Shown: positions 52,691 to 64,000 of the stretch, in pieces
Layout of the letters: each line of letters opens with the position of its first letter
How positions within the stretch are numbered: the first letter of the stretch is position 1
NCBI RefSeq assembly: GCF_030144855.1
Contig: NC_082727.1
Location: 52,390,001 to 52,454,000 of the forward strand
DNA from: Hypanus sabinus
Lineage: Eukaryota
DNA length: 64,000 nt
Reading direction: 5' to 3'
The notes under the pieces: generated by a model
Databases searched by the model: none
What the model saw: only the letters and a program-made list of their open reading frames with translations
What the model was told of the DNA's origin: nothing
Made by a program: the position numbers and the translations under genes

Positions 52691-52842
52691 ATCATCTCTA
52701 AATGTTTTCTTTCCATGTTCCTGTCCAAATGACTTGAAGTTAAATATAAAGCTAAATGATAAAATACAAACATACTAAGATGGTTTTGGACAAGCACAAA
52801 AAAGAAATCTTAGTTTATTGAACCTTTTGTTTCTTATTTCAG

Positions 52843-53003
52843 CTTTTGATGCCATGGATGTTTGCCTTCGCCTACGTGATAATGGTCTGCTAGCTAAACC
52901 AACTCATGGGGACATCATTAGACTGGCCCCGCCTCTTGTGATCAAAGAGGATGAAATAAGAGAATGTGTTGATATCATTCAAAAGACCATTTTGTCTTTT
53001 TGA
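52843..53003 (+). CDS. OAT: OAT exon 10 (last coding exon)
   Basis: (A)[52 protein letters not shown], includes R413; the nine coding exons sum to 1320 nt = 439 aa. Confidence 0.96.
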
Positions 53004-53149
53004 AGAAGATGGAACCTGTTAATATGATGAGTTGTTTCTTTTCAACAAGATGGTATTTGTTGCTTATTTTACCAGTAGTTTCTTTGAAATTGTCAATATT
53101 CATCAATCTTGTCTCAAATAATCATACTGAACTCTAATTTCAATTAAGT

Positions 53150-53155
53150 AATAAA
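53150..53155 (+). terminator. Candidate OAT polyadenylation signal
   Basis: First AATAAA after the stop, with T-rich sequence downstream; ATTAAA alternative at ~53470. Confidence 0.45.
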
Positions 53156-53774
53156 TACTTAACTGATAATACAGTGGATTTTTTCTGAATTACAAACCAA
53201 ATTTAAATTCTCTATGAAATTGAAATCCACTTGCTGTCATTAAGTTCTGTACATCGATCACAATGGAAATTCTTTTGCCTTGACAAGATGGTCAAAATTT
53301 TGTTGTAAAGTTAGTTTATTTATTTTTCTGGCATAATACAAGGTTAAATCATCTCATAATTTTTTGCTTTGTCCATGTTGCTAAAGTATTGTAGAAGACA
53401 AACATCTTCCCATTTCTAACACTGAAACAGATTTTCATTTCTGTGCTCCCAATCTGTAATCTATCAACAATTAAAATTAATGGCATGTTGAGGACATCCT
53501 TGATGTAAGAAACTTGTATTTGCTTGTAATTTATTATTTCATAATATGATATATAATTATACTTTGAGGACATGGTCTCAACATGAAGACAGTTAATTTT
53601 TGTCTGAATACTGAAACAGACTCCTTATTCTTCAACATTATCAAATAATTTTAGGTCAGAAAATGGTGGGTTGGATGAAGTATGATTTAATACCCATATT
53701 TGCCATCTTGTAACTTATAGCCTGCATGCAATTAAGCAGTCTAGAGTTTGATCCTGGATATGACACAAATCATA

Positions 53775-55745
53775 TTCATAGAAGACTACAGCACAGAAAC
53801 AGGTCTTTTGGCCATCAAGTCTGTGCCAAGCTAATAATCTGCCCATCCCATCAACTGGCATCTGGATAGCTCTCCATACTCCTCCCAACTATGTACCTAT
53901 TCAAGTTTGTCTTAAAAGTTAAAATCGTGCCTGCATCCACTATTTCCACTGACCGCTCATTCCACACTCACCACCCTCTGAGTGAAGTCCCCCTTGTGAT
54001 CTCCTTAAACATTTCACTTTCCACCTTTAACCCATGATCTCTAGTTCTAGTCTCACCCAACCTCAGTGCAAAAATTATGCTTGCATTTACCCTATCTGTG
54101 CTCATAATTTTGTATGCTTCCTATCAAATCTTCCTTCATTCTTCTATTCTCTAGGAAATGAAAGTCCCAACTAATTCAACTTTTCCCTATAACTCAGATC
54201 CTCAAGTCCCAATAGCATCCTTGTAAATTTTCTTTGCAGTTTTTCAATCTTATTAGCATCTTTCCTGTAAGTAGGTGACCAAAAGAGCACAGTGCTCCAG
54301 ATTAGGTCTCTCTAGCACAGGCATGGGCAAACTACGGCCCGCGGGCCATATGCGGCCTGTTAAGCTTTTTAATCTGGCCCGCAGAACTTGATGAAATTAT
54401 ATTAATAAACCTTGTTAACGTTTTTTCCCCACAATTCTGGCGTTTTCCCAATAGATGACGCACTCTATATACATTTGTGGCGACCCATTTCCTGGCACAT
54501 CCGAACCGGCTCACAATTAGCCAGCGTTCTGGCTAAGGGAGATAGCCTGCGGGGATTTGCGAGCACAGAGCTTTGGAGCCTCTGCGCAGGGGGGCAGGTT
54601 GAGGGAGGCTTAAAAGTGAGGCTGGGGATTTCGAATAAAGTTTTTTTTTCTTCGACTGCAGTTACCGACTCAGTGTTGTAATTTTAGCGCTGCATGTAGC
54701 ACACTGCTACACATTGACCTTTGTTGAGGGGCAGCGTATTACTCCACATTTGCGCTTTACTCTTTGTTCGGCTCGACCTATTTGTGTGAACAGGCGTTCA
54801 GCATCATGAACATCAACAAAGCCAGCCACAGATCCAAGTTAACTGACCAACACCTCAGATCCATCCTGAGAATCGCCACAACAAAACTACATCCAGACTT
54901 TGATGCGCTGGCTAAAAAGGGAGACCAACAACACTGTTCCCACTGAAATTAAGAAATAAGTTTCTTCGTTGTGTTATGTAAAAAATGCATTTGAAAATAT
55001 TTTTTTCAATAAGCCTTACATGTTACATGTCATTTCTGTTAAGTGATGGACATGAGTAGTGCGCAGGTGCACGTACGTTCTCAAAATAAAAAATGCGCTC
55101 CAGATCAAATAACGCGCTCCGCATACTGGCGCGCTGTCACTGTTCTGTCTTTGTGCTGGTCGTTGTTGAGTTTTGGCACAGGGGACAATTGAATAAGAAG
55201 GAGCAGGACAAGTAGACCTGCATCTCCTACCGTTTTTGAAATAAAGACAGTCAGGAGGAGAGTGATGATGATAATATCTTGAAGCTTAACAGAATTTTCA
55301 GTGCTTTAAAATAACTCTTTACTATTAAAAAAGCTGTATTTTATTCATTTAATTTTCAGTGTTAAAAATCATTTCAATAAATAGCTAAATACCATGGGAC
55401 TTCAAAGACAGATATTTTGTTGTAATGCATTTGTTCATTTTCAATTGAAATTAAAGCACATGTTTTCTACATATCCCATGATATTTTATTTTCTCTTGTG
55501 AGGTGTATTACCAAAACACTCCGTCCATCTGCTCCTGGTCCGGCCCCCCTGTCAAATTTTAGAACCCTTTGTGGCCCACAAGTCAAAAAGTTTCCCCACC
55601 CCTGCTCTAGCATCTTTGCAACTTTCAACATAACATCCTAACTCCTGTACTCTGATTATTAAAGCTACTGTGTCAAATCTTTAGGACCTGCTACCTGTGA
55701 TGGCACTTTCAAGGAATTATGTATTCCTAGATGCCTCTGTACTTG
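53775..55745 (-). mobile_element. CR1 LINE 3' fragment hosting a hAT insertion
   Basis: Same 3'-end text as the CR1 at 49188 (ACAGCACAGAAACAGG...); continues after the hAT. Confidence 0.75.
54318..55604 (+). mobile_element. hAT-Charlie internally deleted DNA transposon retaining the transposase C-terminus
   Basis: Perfect 8-bp TSD CTCTAGCA; TIRs CAGGCATGGGCAAACT / AGTTTCCCCACCCCTG; FGSTYLCEQAFSIMNINKASHRSKLTDQHLRSILRI is a hAT dimerisation domain. Confidence 0.92.
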
Positions 55746-56472
55746 GCTAATATCTCTGCAGCTGATTTCTCATAATGTGTGGGGAGAAAAGTTATTAGAA
55801 AACATCAAAATGATGCTAAATTCTAGAAATATTGGACCTCATGACAAATGTTAATTTACGCAAACAGGAGGAAATCTGCAGATGTTAGTGAATGTCATTG
55901 ACGTGAATGTAGGTACAGTAAGGAATGCTCTTCTGTTTTCTTATTGACTGGGCAAAATGTAACTTGCTACTTTCTCATTGCTGGTAGCTGGCAGATTTTT
56001 AGGATGTTTGAGATTTGGTTACATTATACTATAGAGTAATTGCAATTATGTTGCACTAATTGAACTCAGTAGAAAAACCCTGGGATACTGTTGTGACAGT
56101 GATTTTGCTTATCTACAAGAACAGGGGGTCCATTATGTAGTATCCTTGGATTAATAAAGGTTTGCTAACTAGGGCACTTTTTATTATGCAACCATGTAAG
56201 ACATTTAATTGCTTGTGTAGACATACTTTGTAAGAACATCTGAGGCACAAGTTTTGAATTTTCTGGTTTAATTTTAAGTAACCTGTAAATGCTCACAAGA
56301 TTAAATTTTGAGTTTTGATATTTGCAATGTAATCAATGGTTGAGATCTTCAAAATTGAATTGTCATCAAATGTAGTTAGGCCTGGATTTGTGATTGGTGA
56401 TGTCGTGAGTATTTTTTGGTATAATGCAGCACAAGGTGAGTTTTCTGTCTTGCAACACTGAGCTTTTGATAC

Positions 56473-59400
56473 TGCTACGAAGTATGAACAGCTCTGATGG
56501 GCAGAAGGGTACAAAATCACCAATGCCCCCCCCACCCTTTTTTTTTTGGAGAATCGCAAATCGCTACTATTCCGATGCTGTTATCAAGGAAGTGAGAGAG
56601 AGACAGGACTCTGCCAGGGCAGTTGTTATTGATAACAGCTCATGCAAGTTAATGAGAGAGAGGCACAGCTAAGGCGGAATGTCTCTTCCTAACAAAAGCG
56701 GAATGGAACCACTGATTACTGCTATTGTCTTTTGGAGAAGGATTGTGTACTTGGTACTGTTCTATTCATTGAAACCCCTCAGGGGCAACCAGAGTGGGCT
56801 GGTTTGATGGGTTACATCATCTCAACCTGATTGACACCTGAGACCCCGTGAGTGGGGATAAAAGTGGGGTCTGGGGTAACACCCCTCAGACGCAACAGGA
56901 GAGACGTTATGAGACCAGTGGGGGCTTGTGTGTGTGTCCACCCTTGCCTGGGTGACGAGTCCACCACGGAAGAACAGTCTAACCTCTCTTCCCCCCAGTC
57001 AATGATACAGCGTATTTCTTATTGATTATTATTATATCCGCACTTTTAGGTTTAGTATTGATGACGTATATTATCTGTACTGTGTATCTGCATTGATGTT
57101 TTTGTGTCTTTTTACTAATAAATACTGTTGAAAATAGTATCACCAGACTCCCAACGGGGTTCGTAACAAATTGGGGGCTCGTCCGGGATTTAATACCAAA
57201 TTGGAGGGCCAGTGAATTGGGCTTTAAGTCCAGACTTTGATCTGGTTGCGTGGGAAACCAGCAAAGATGGATGTAGATGAATTTACACAAAACCCGACTT
57301 TGAAAGCGCTAGAGGATGCCACAAAGACGGACTTGGTAAATATTGCAAAAGGACTAAATCTCACAGAAGTGAGGTCGTCAATGAAAAAGTGGGAGATGCA
57401 GAGGGCCATAACTCAGTATTAAGAAGGATGTGTTTTTGGCTGAGGTATTGGAAAATATCCCTGAAAAGGTACCAGCTATTGGGACGGCTCAGTTAGAGTT
57501 GGAAAAATTTAGGCTGAACGTGGAACAGAAGAAGGGGGAGCATGAACTCAGCTGCTTCCAGCTGTTTTAACCTGAAAGGGAGAAGGAAAGAGTTGAAAAA
57601 CAGGGAGTATGAGGAGAAGGAGAAACAGAGGCAGCATGAGCTGGACATGGAGAAGTTAAAGCAAGAGAGAAGGGTTCAAGGGGCAGACCGAGAGGAGAGG
57701 TTTAATGTTAATAGGGAGTTTAGGTTAGTACCTCCGTTGGAGGAGACAGATGCTGATAGTTATTTCTTGCATTTTGAAAAAGTGGCAGTGAATCAGAAGT
57801 GGCCCAGAGATCAGTGGGTGGCATTGTTACAAAGTGTGTTAAAAGGGAAGGCACAACGGGCATATGCGGCATCTGTGGAGGAGTCTGAGATAGAAATTAA
57901 GTCGGGAGCTAGTGGTAAAAGTAAGGAGGAAGAAAGGCAGGCTGGCAGGAGGGTTCCTGGCTTGACCTGTTTTAATTGTGGAAAGGTTGGTCATGTTGCA
58001 TCTAAGTGCTTTGCTCCGAGGAAGGAGAAAGGAAAAGGGAATGCAGCAGTCCCTACAGGGTGTAGTGTGCTGATCAGCAAGTCAACGAGAAAGCCCCAGG
58101 TAGATAAAATATGAGAGGGGCATGAGAAATTTATTTCAGAAGGGACCGTGTCTGTGAATGAGGGAGAAACACCAGTTCCAGTGCGGATCTGAAGAGATAC
58201 TGGAGCTGAGTAGTCATTGATTTTCAGTAAGGTACTAGATTTTGGTCCTGAGACTGGAGAGGTAGTTTTGAGAGGCATAGGAAAAGGGACAGAAGCTGTA
58301 TCTTTGCATGGGATCATTATAAATTGTGATCTGGTATCTGGACTAGTTGAAATAGGGGTATGGTCAGAATTACCAAGAGACGGTGTGGATGTCCTTCTTG
58401 GTAATGATTTAGCAGGGGGTGAGGTGTGTTCAGCTGTGAAGCTGACGAGCAAGCCTGTAAGTGTTGAGGACCCGCCCCTAGATTCCAAGATCTATCCCGC
58501 ATGCGCGATCACTCCCAGCATGTCGAGAAAGGCAGCTGAGAAAGAGACCAGTTTAAATTAGTCCAGTATCGATTTGGCTGAGACATTTTTACTGACCCTG
58601 TACCAAGAGGGGTTAGGGGATGGTAAGACGGAGAATAGGGAGGTGAAAGAGTAAAGGACAGGAGGTAGACCTACCCTTAGCCAGGAGGGAATTTATAGAG
58701 GCACGGAGTAAAGATGAGAAACAGATAAGGCTGTTAGAAGGTCCAGGGTTGGACATGGATGATCTGTCTGGCTTGACAGAACTGTTTGAAGAAGTTGAAA
58801 AATTGAAATGTGTTCCCGATAATGATATAAGGGCAGTCCTAGATGAAAAGGATGCCGTTACCTTGAAGGAGTCTGCTGGATTAGCAGATGAAATTGTTTT
58901 AACTTGCAGGGTTGAGTTTACTCCGGATGGGAGTTGCCCAGAGAGTAACTGGGAGGATCAGGGGAATTTAGAATTTGAAAAGGGGATGGGTATTGAAAGC
59001 CTGGAAGAGGCAGATGTCCCGTTTGGGTGTGTTCAAGATGTGGATGCACATGGTACTGAACCTAGTAATGAAACTCAGGAAAAGTCTGAGGTATCTGATT
59101 TAGTTGAAAAGAAATGCAGTCCTTTTGAGTTAGATGGACTTGGTTCAGTGAAGAAAGGGTTAACCTTGGTACCAGTGGAAAGTGAGAATTCTCAGTTGTT
59201 TATGTTAGAAGGTGTGCTAAAAGTTGGTGAGGAGATAAAAGGTGGTGATGTGAATATTATTGAAGGAGAAGGGAAAAGTGTAGTTCCTAAATTGACTAAA
59301 GAAAATTTAAAGTCTGGATTGATTCCAGAAGCAGTAACCAGACTGAAGGAATAATGGCTTGTTAACAAGGTGCCTGTGAATCAATTACAGTTTGTTTTGG

Positions 59401-61035
59401 AATTTAAAGGTAAACACCTTGCAGATGTTAAACTGAAAACTAATAGAATGAAGGGTCCTGAAGATAAAACTAATAACTTGCTTAAAAATAAAGAATTGTG
59501 TGGAAGTTCAGAAGATGGGCTAAGTTTGGAAAACATTGTTGATAAAATAACTCCTATGAAAGGAGTATGCGAAAGCCTATTCCACACTGGTGAGCAAGCT
59601 AACCACGTGAGAATTAAGTGGAAAAGAGGCAAAGGTTGACAAAATGCCACTTTAAATAACAGGATCTGGTTTTGAGGGATTTCGACAAAGCATGTAAATA
59701 ATAAAGACAACACCATGGAAGATTGACTGTTAAGTTTAAAAGTAAGATAAAGATTAGTAATTGCATAAAATTTTGTAATGTATGACAGAATAATTACACA
59801 TGTATTGGTTCACATTTTGTAATATATACTTAAGATCACATCTCTAGTTTTGTTTTTGCTGAAGAAAAGGAATAGGTGGTTATTAAATTGGAGTCTGATA
59901 CTACAGGAATTCATTAAGGCACAAATATTAAGATATTAAGGAAGTGACCATGTAATCACTAACTGTTTAGATGCTAAGTTGAATGTATATATGTATTACT
60001 CTGTAGTTAAAAACTCTTTTGTATTGTGTTAGATTCTGTAATTCTGTAAGACTCGGTATTAGTTAATTTTCCCCTTTGGTGAAAATTCTTAGAAAATTCT
60101 TGGGGGTGTTACGAAGTATGAACAACTCTGATGGGCAGAAGGGTACAAAATCGCCAATGCCCCCCCCCCCTTGGAGAATCGCAAATTGCTACTATTCTGA
60201 TGCTGTTATCAAGGAAGTGAGAGAGAGACAGGACTCTGCCAGGGCAGTTGTTATTGATAACAGCTCATGCAAGTTAATGAGAGAGAGGCACAGCTAAGGT
60301 GGAATGTCTCTTCCTAACAAAAGCGGAATGGAACCACTGATTACTGCTATAGTCTTTTGGAGAAGGATTGTGTACTTGGTACTGTTCTATTCATTGAAAC
60401 CCCTCAGGGGCAACCAGAGTGGGCTGGTTTGATGGGTTACATCATCTCAACCTGATTGACACCTGAGACCCCGTGAGTGGGGATAAAAGTGGGGTCTGGG
60501 GTAACACCCCTCAGACGCAACAGGAGAGACGCTACGAGACTGATGGGGGCTTGTGTGTGTGTCCACCCTTGCCTGGGTGATGAGTCCACCATGGAAGAAT
60601 GGTCTAGCTAAAGGATGGAGGGGTCATACATGAATGGCCACAACAACAACGGATCAAGATTGTAAAGGAAAGTTGGCAAGTCAATAGCTGTTACTGTTTT
60701 CTCTCTCTCTCTTTCTCTCCCCTTCCTCTCCCCCCACCCCCACAAATGCAACACAGCGACCAACAACTACCGCAGCCTGCATGGACTGAACTGAACTTCA
60801 TATTTCCATCTGACAATTCATTATCCCCTAGACAACGATAGAGCTTATTTCTTATTGATTATTATTATACGCACACTTTTAGGTTTAGTACTGATGACGT
60901 ATATTATCTGTATATTTCCATTGATATTAATTTTGTGTATTTTTACTAATAAATACTGTTGAAAATAGGATCACCAGACTCCAATGGACACTTCTATCTT
61001 TGCTGGTAAGACACCCAGTTACGGGGTTCGTAACA
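56473..61035 (+). mobile_element. Non-autonomous Gypsy (Gmr1-like) LTR retrotransposon with decayed gag and protease, no RT/RNase H/integrase
   Basis: LTRs 56473-57168 and 60107-61035, TSD ATAC, tRNA-Pro PBS TGGGGGCTCGTCCGGGAT 57172-57189, G-run before 3' LTR; gag from 57267 with CCHC knuckle CFNCGKVGHVASKC; protease RDTGA...LLGNDLAGG with stops. Confidence 0.93.
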
Positions 61036-62267
61036 ATACCTGTCTGCCATTGTTCAGTGACAAAAAAAAAATGCTGAAATTTTTCAACATGTCAGGCTGT
61101 ATCTAGTGGAGAAAGTATTAGTTTTAGATTCATGCCTATTTATCTACTGAAATGTTAATTTATAACTTCGTTCTTTCTCCACAGAATGTGCCTGACTTGA
61201 ATAATTCTGATTTTCTGTGTTACTTCATGGGTTTTAGATGAGAGGTTCCCAACCTGGGGTTCATGGATCTCTTGGTTCATGGTATGGTATGGTATGGATT
61301 TTATAGTGAACTCCTGATCCGGCTTTAAAGTTCGAAGGCTAGGGAGTTGTGTTTTGCCACATTGGTTATCAAACCAATTTCAAAATTGTCTGATTATTCA
61401 TTGTGTGAAAATATTCCTGTATAAAACAGTGAATGTATGAAAGGATGCCAATTGTCCGAAGTTGAATTTTTTAATCATTCAACTGTTGGACTCTGGCTCT
61501 GCCTTAAGAAGGCTAACCAAATGTGCTCAATCATTGACTTTTGTATTGGGTATACCTTATAGTTAGAAATTACACTGATTATTCTTGATTTGTACTGTCC
61601 CTCTTGGCACTTGTGAGATCCTGAACTTGATTATTTAACACATTTTCTAGTGTCCAATGTGACAATAGTTTGAAATGCAGATTCCAAGTGTCATTATTCT
61701 CATATAAACGTAAAAGGTGTAACTTTTACAATTGCATCTCATTACCCTGAATGTTTACTGTTGAGCTGACAATATCCCGTAAGTTTGTATTTTGCAGATC
61801 TATAATTAGAATAACAAGGAAAACTGCTGGTTCAGAGTTAGCAATTGACAGTGTTGGCAAATTTTGATAAGTAGAACCACGGAACTTAGCAAAGCTAGAT
61901 CTGCTTGAGAAATAACTAAGCACATAATGTAGACTGACTATTAATAAACAATTTCTGTATTTTTTTAAAGCTTTGAAATTGTTTTCATTTTAGATATGCT
62001 GGAAGCTCAACTGCAGGTTCTGATTCTGCCTTGAGCTATATTTGTTTAGCAGAAATGTTCAGGTTTAAGGTTTACTATCCTTTTAAGTGTAACCCTCAGT
62101 TTGACTAACAGCTTAATCATTCTAGGGGATGATAACCCCCAGCCCAGCTAAACTTAAGAAATCTCGTTTGGGTGGATGCTACGTGATGTGTCCCCTGTTA
62201 CAAATCAGTACCACAAAATAACAAACAGTACACAACATGCGATTAAACGATTGAGCTTTATAATTAA

Positions 62268-64000
62268 CTAGACAACTGGGTGATCTGTTGGGGCACCCTT
62301 TGAGAGAAAGGTAGTGCAGTCTAATGTGATGTGCTTTGGAAATTAAAGAAGAAAAACTTGGTTTATTAAAGAATAAAGATGCATAGCAAGACAAATATAG
62401 CTCCTCATTTAATGAAGGACACTTTTGATGACAACATTTCTGGTTGATCTGCCACCCTTCAAGAATACTCTAACGTTTTCATTTCTTTTTCCCTGGCCTA
62501 AAGCCACATACAGCTGACCATGCTGGTTTACCGGTTTCTTCAGATAAATCAACACATTCTCCATGGTTTGGCCTTGCGCCTTGTGTATAGTCAGAGCAAA
62601 GCATGACTGTATCGGGAACTGGCACCGCTTGAAGAGGGACATCTTCCCCTTCTGATAAATTGAGAGTAATTCTTGGGATCATGACAATGTCATTAATGAA
62701 TGCACTAATGTTTATCTTTGCTACGATGAGATTGTCGTGCAGTTCTTCCACCATCATTCGTGTTCCATTGCAAGGCCTTAGTGGATCCAAGTTCCTCATT
62801 GAAATGATGGGAGATCCCCTCTTCAATTCGAGTTTATGTGGTGGCAATCCAGAGAGTTCGACGGAATCAAGGAATTCTGTTAGAAAATGAGTGGCGTTAG
62901 CTCCTTCACTTACGGCATTGAAGGAACAGTATTCTTTCATGATTCCCGGGAAGTGTCTAATGCATATGAAGTTTATTTTTCACATTATTTTATTGAAAGG
63001 AACCAAGATAGAATTCCTTAAACAGTTCTGCAGGATTGTTGAATGTCGGATAGATGAAATCAATGCATTCTTCCATAGTTTTTGCTGGCAGAATCATATC
63101 TTCAGGTAATCAATTTCATCGTTTTTTTTTCATCGAACTCAGAATATCATCCCTCTCCCTCAATCGTATGTTTCTCTTCAATTGAAACTTGATGAAGCTT
63201 CTCCATAAGTAGGATTTTTTTAAATACATGAATTCTCCACATCAGCATTACTTCCACATTTCACAACTGGTAGAAGCTGACAGAAATCGCCACAGCAAAT
63301 GGTTAAAGTACCCCTGCGCAGGCCTTATTCCTGCTGCATACATCAGAGTCCAGTCCACGGTTTTGAAGCTCTCCCTCCTCATCATGGGGCACTTATCCCA
63401 GACAATGAGCCTCGCATTTTGGAGTAAATTTATTTTTATCAATGTTACAAAAGGCACCTCCATTGACTTTGAGGGGGTATTTTGAATCTTGAATGCGCTG
63501 TCCTACCACCAGGCATCAATGTTGCTGCAATACCTGATGATACTACAGCAGGGGTGTCAAACTCATTTTAGGTCACGGGCTGGATTGGGCAAAATGCAGC
63601 TTCATGCGGACCGGATCAGTCGGGCGCGTGCAAACGCAGCTTTCATTGCCTCGGTTTTTTTCAGCCTGTTCTCATGTGTCTCAGTCTCTGCTATAACTAC
63701 AAAGTGTTTCACTTCACAAATTCCGTTTCTTATGAAGAAGACTGCTGAGCAAGCATTATTTTTATGATTGGTATTAACTTACAATCATAGGCTTCATATC
63801 GCTGGGCCATTAATAATTAAAATAATAGATCTATCTAAAATGATCTCGCGGGCTGGATATAATTGTACGCCAGGCCGGATATGGCCCGCGGGCCTTGAGT
63901 TTGACACCTACGTGCTACAGCAATAGCAACACCTCCATCTCCCCTAACTTTAGCGAGGATTGTTGATGATAAATGACTTGCCCATTCCTCTTGGTGCATC
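62268..64000 (-). mobile_element. Helitron 3' part: decayed PIF1-family helicase and intact 3' terminus
   Basis: Walker A-like DAPRGMGKS, SSGIAATLMPGGRTAHS, SGLPPHKLELKRGSPI, TIHKAQGQT, HGQLYVAL; hairpin GGGTG...CACCC followed by CTAG|T at 62271-62268. Confidence 0.9.
63549..63912. mobile_element. hAT-Charlie MITE nested in the Helitron helicase
   Basis: TIRs CAGGGGTGTCAAACTCA / TGAGTTTGACACCTACG; TSD TACTACAG / TGCTACAG; helicase text AIAVA|SSGIAA rejoins on removal. Confidence 0.9.

Noticed and set aside
54764-54946. GTF2IRD2-like host gene
   Set aside because: Lies between TIRs with a perfect TSD; transposase remnant.
57172-57189. Endogenous retrovirus suggested by the tRNA-Pro PBS
   Set aside because: Gag and protease look Gypsy-like and no env is present.
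62120-62267. Left flank of the Helitron as another LTR-like repeat
   Set aside because: No second copy or terminus in the window to support it.
62409-63540. Cellular PIF1 helicase gene
   Set aside because: Intronless, frameshifted, ends in a Helitron hairpin-CTAG terminus.

Overview
Vertebrate genomic DNA; the repeat content (CR1 with esterase ORF1, HE1/V-SINE-like SINEs, Rex/Babar, Penelope ends) suggests a cartilaginous fish, probably a ray (inference). The window holds the conserved LHPP <- | NKX1-2 -> OAT -> block: LHPP coding exon 1 (minus strand, missed by the ORF track), a complete two-exon NKX1-2 (281 aa) and a complete OAT (9 coding exons, 1320 nt, 439 aa, CpG-island promoter with a non-coding first exon). 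The rest is a dense, often nested TE landscape: Tc1, pogo/Tigger and hAT elements, L1, CR1, Rex/Babar, an RTE-type SINE, a non-autonomous Gypsy LTR element with two related solo LTRs, and a Helitron 3' end. I found no convincing new multi-gene system. The best leads are an intact minimal hammerhead ribozyme motif in OAT intron 9, a perfect 28-bp-arm hairpin in a solo LTR, an LTR element whose pol appears replaced by a second degenerate gag-protease module, and an L1 inserted 16 nt from an OAT splice acceptor. Coordinates were counted by hand; ends of degraded TEs are approximate.
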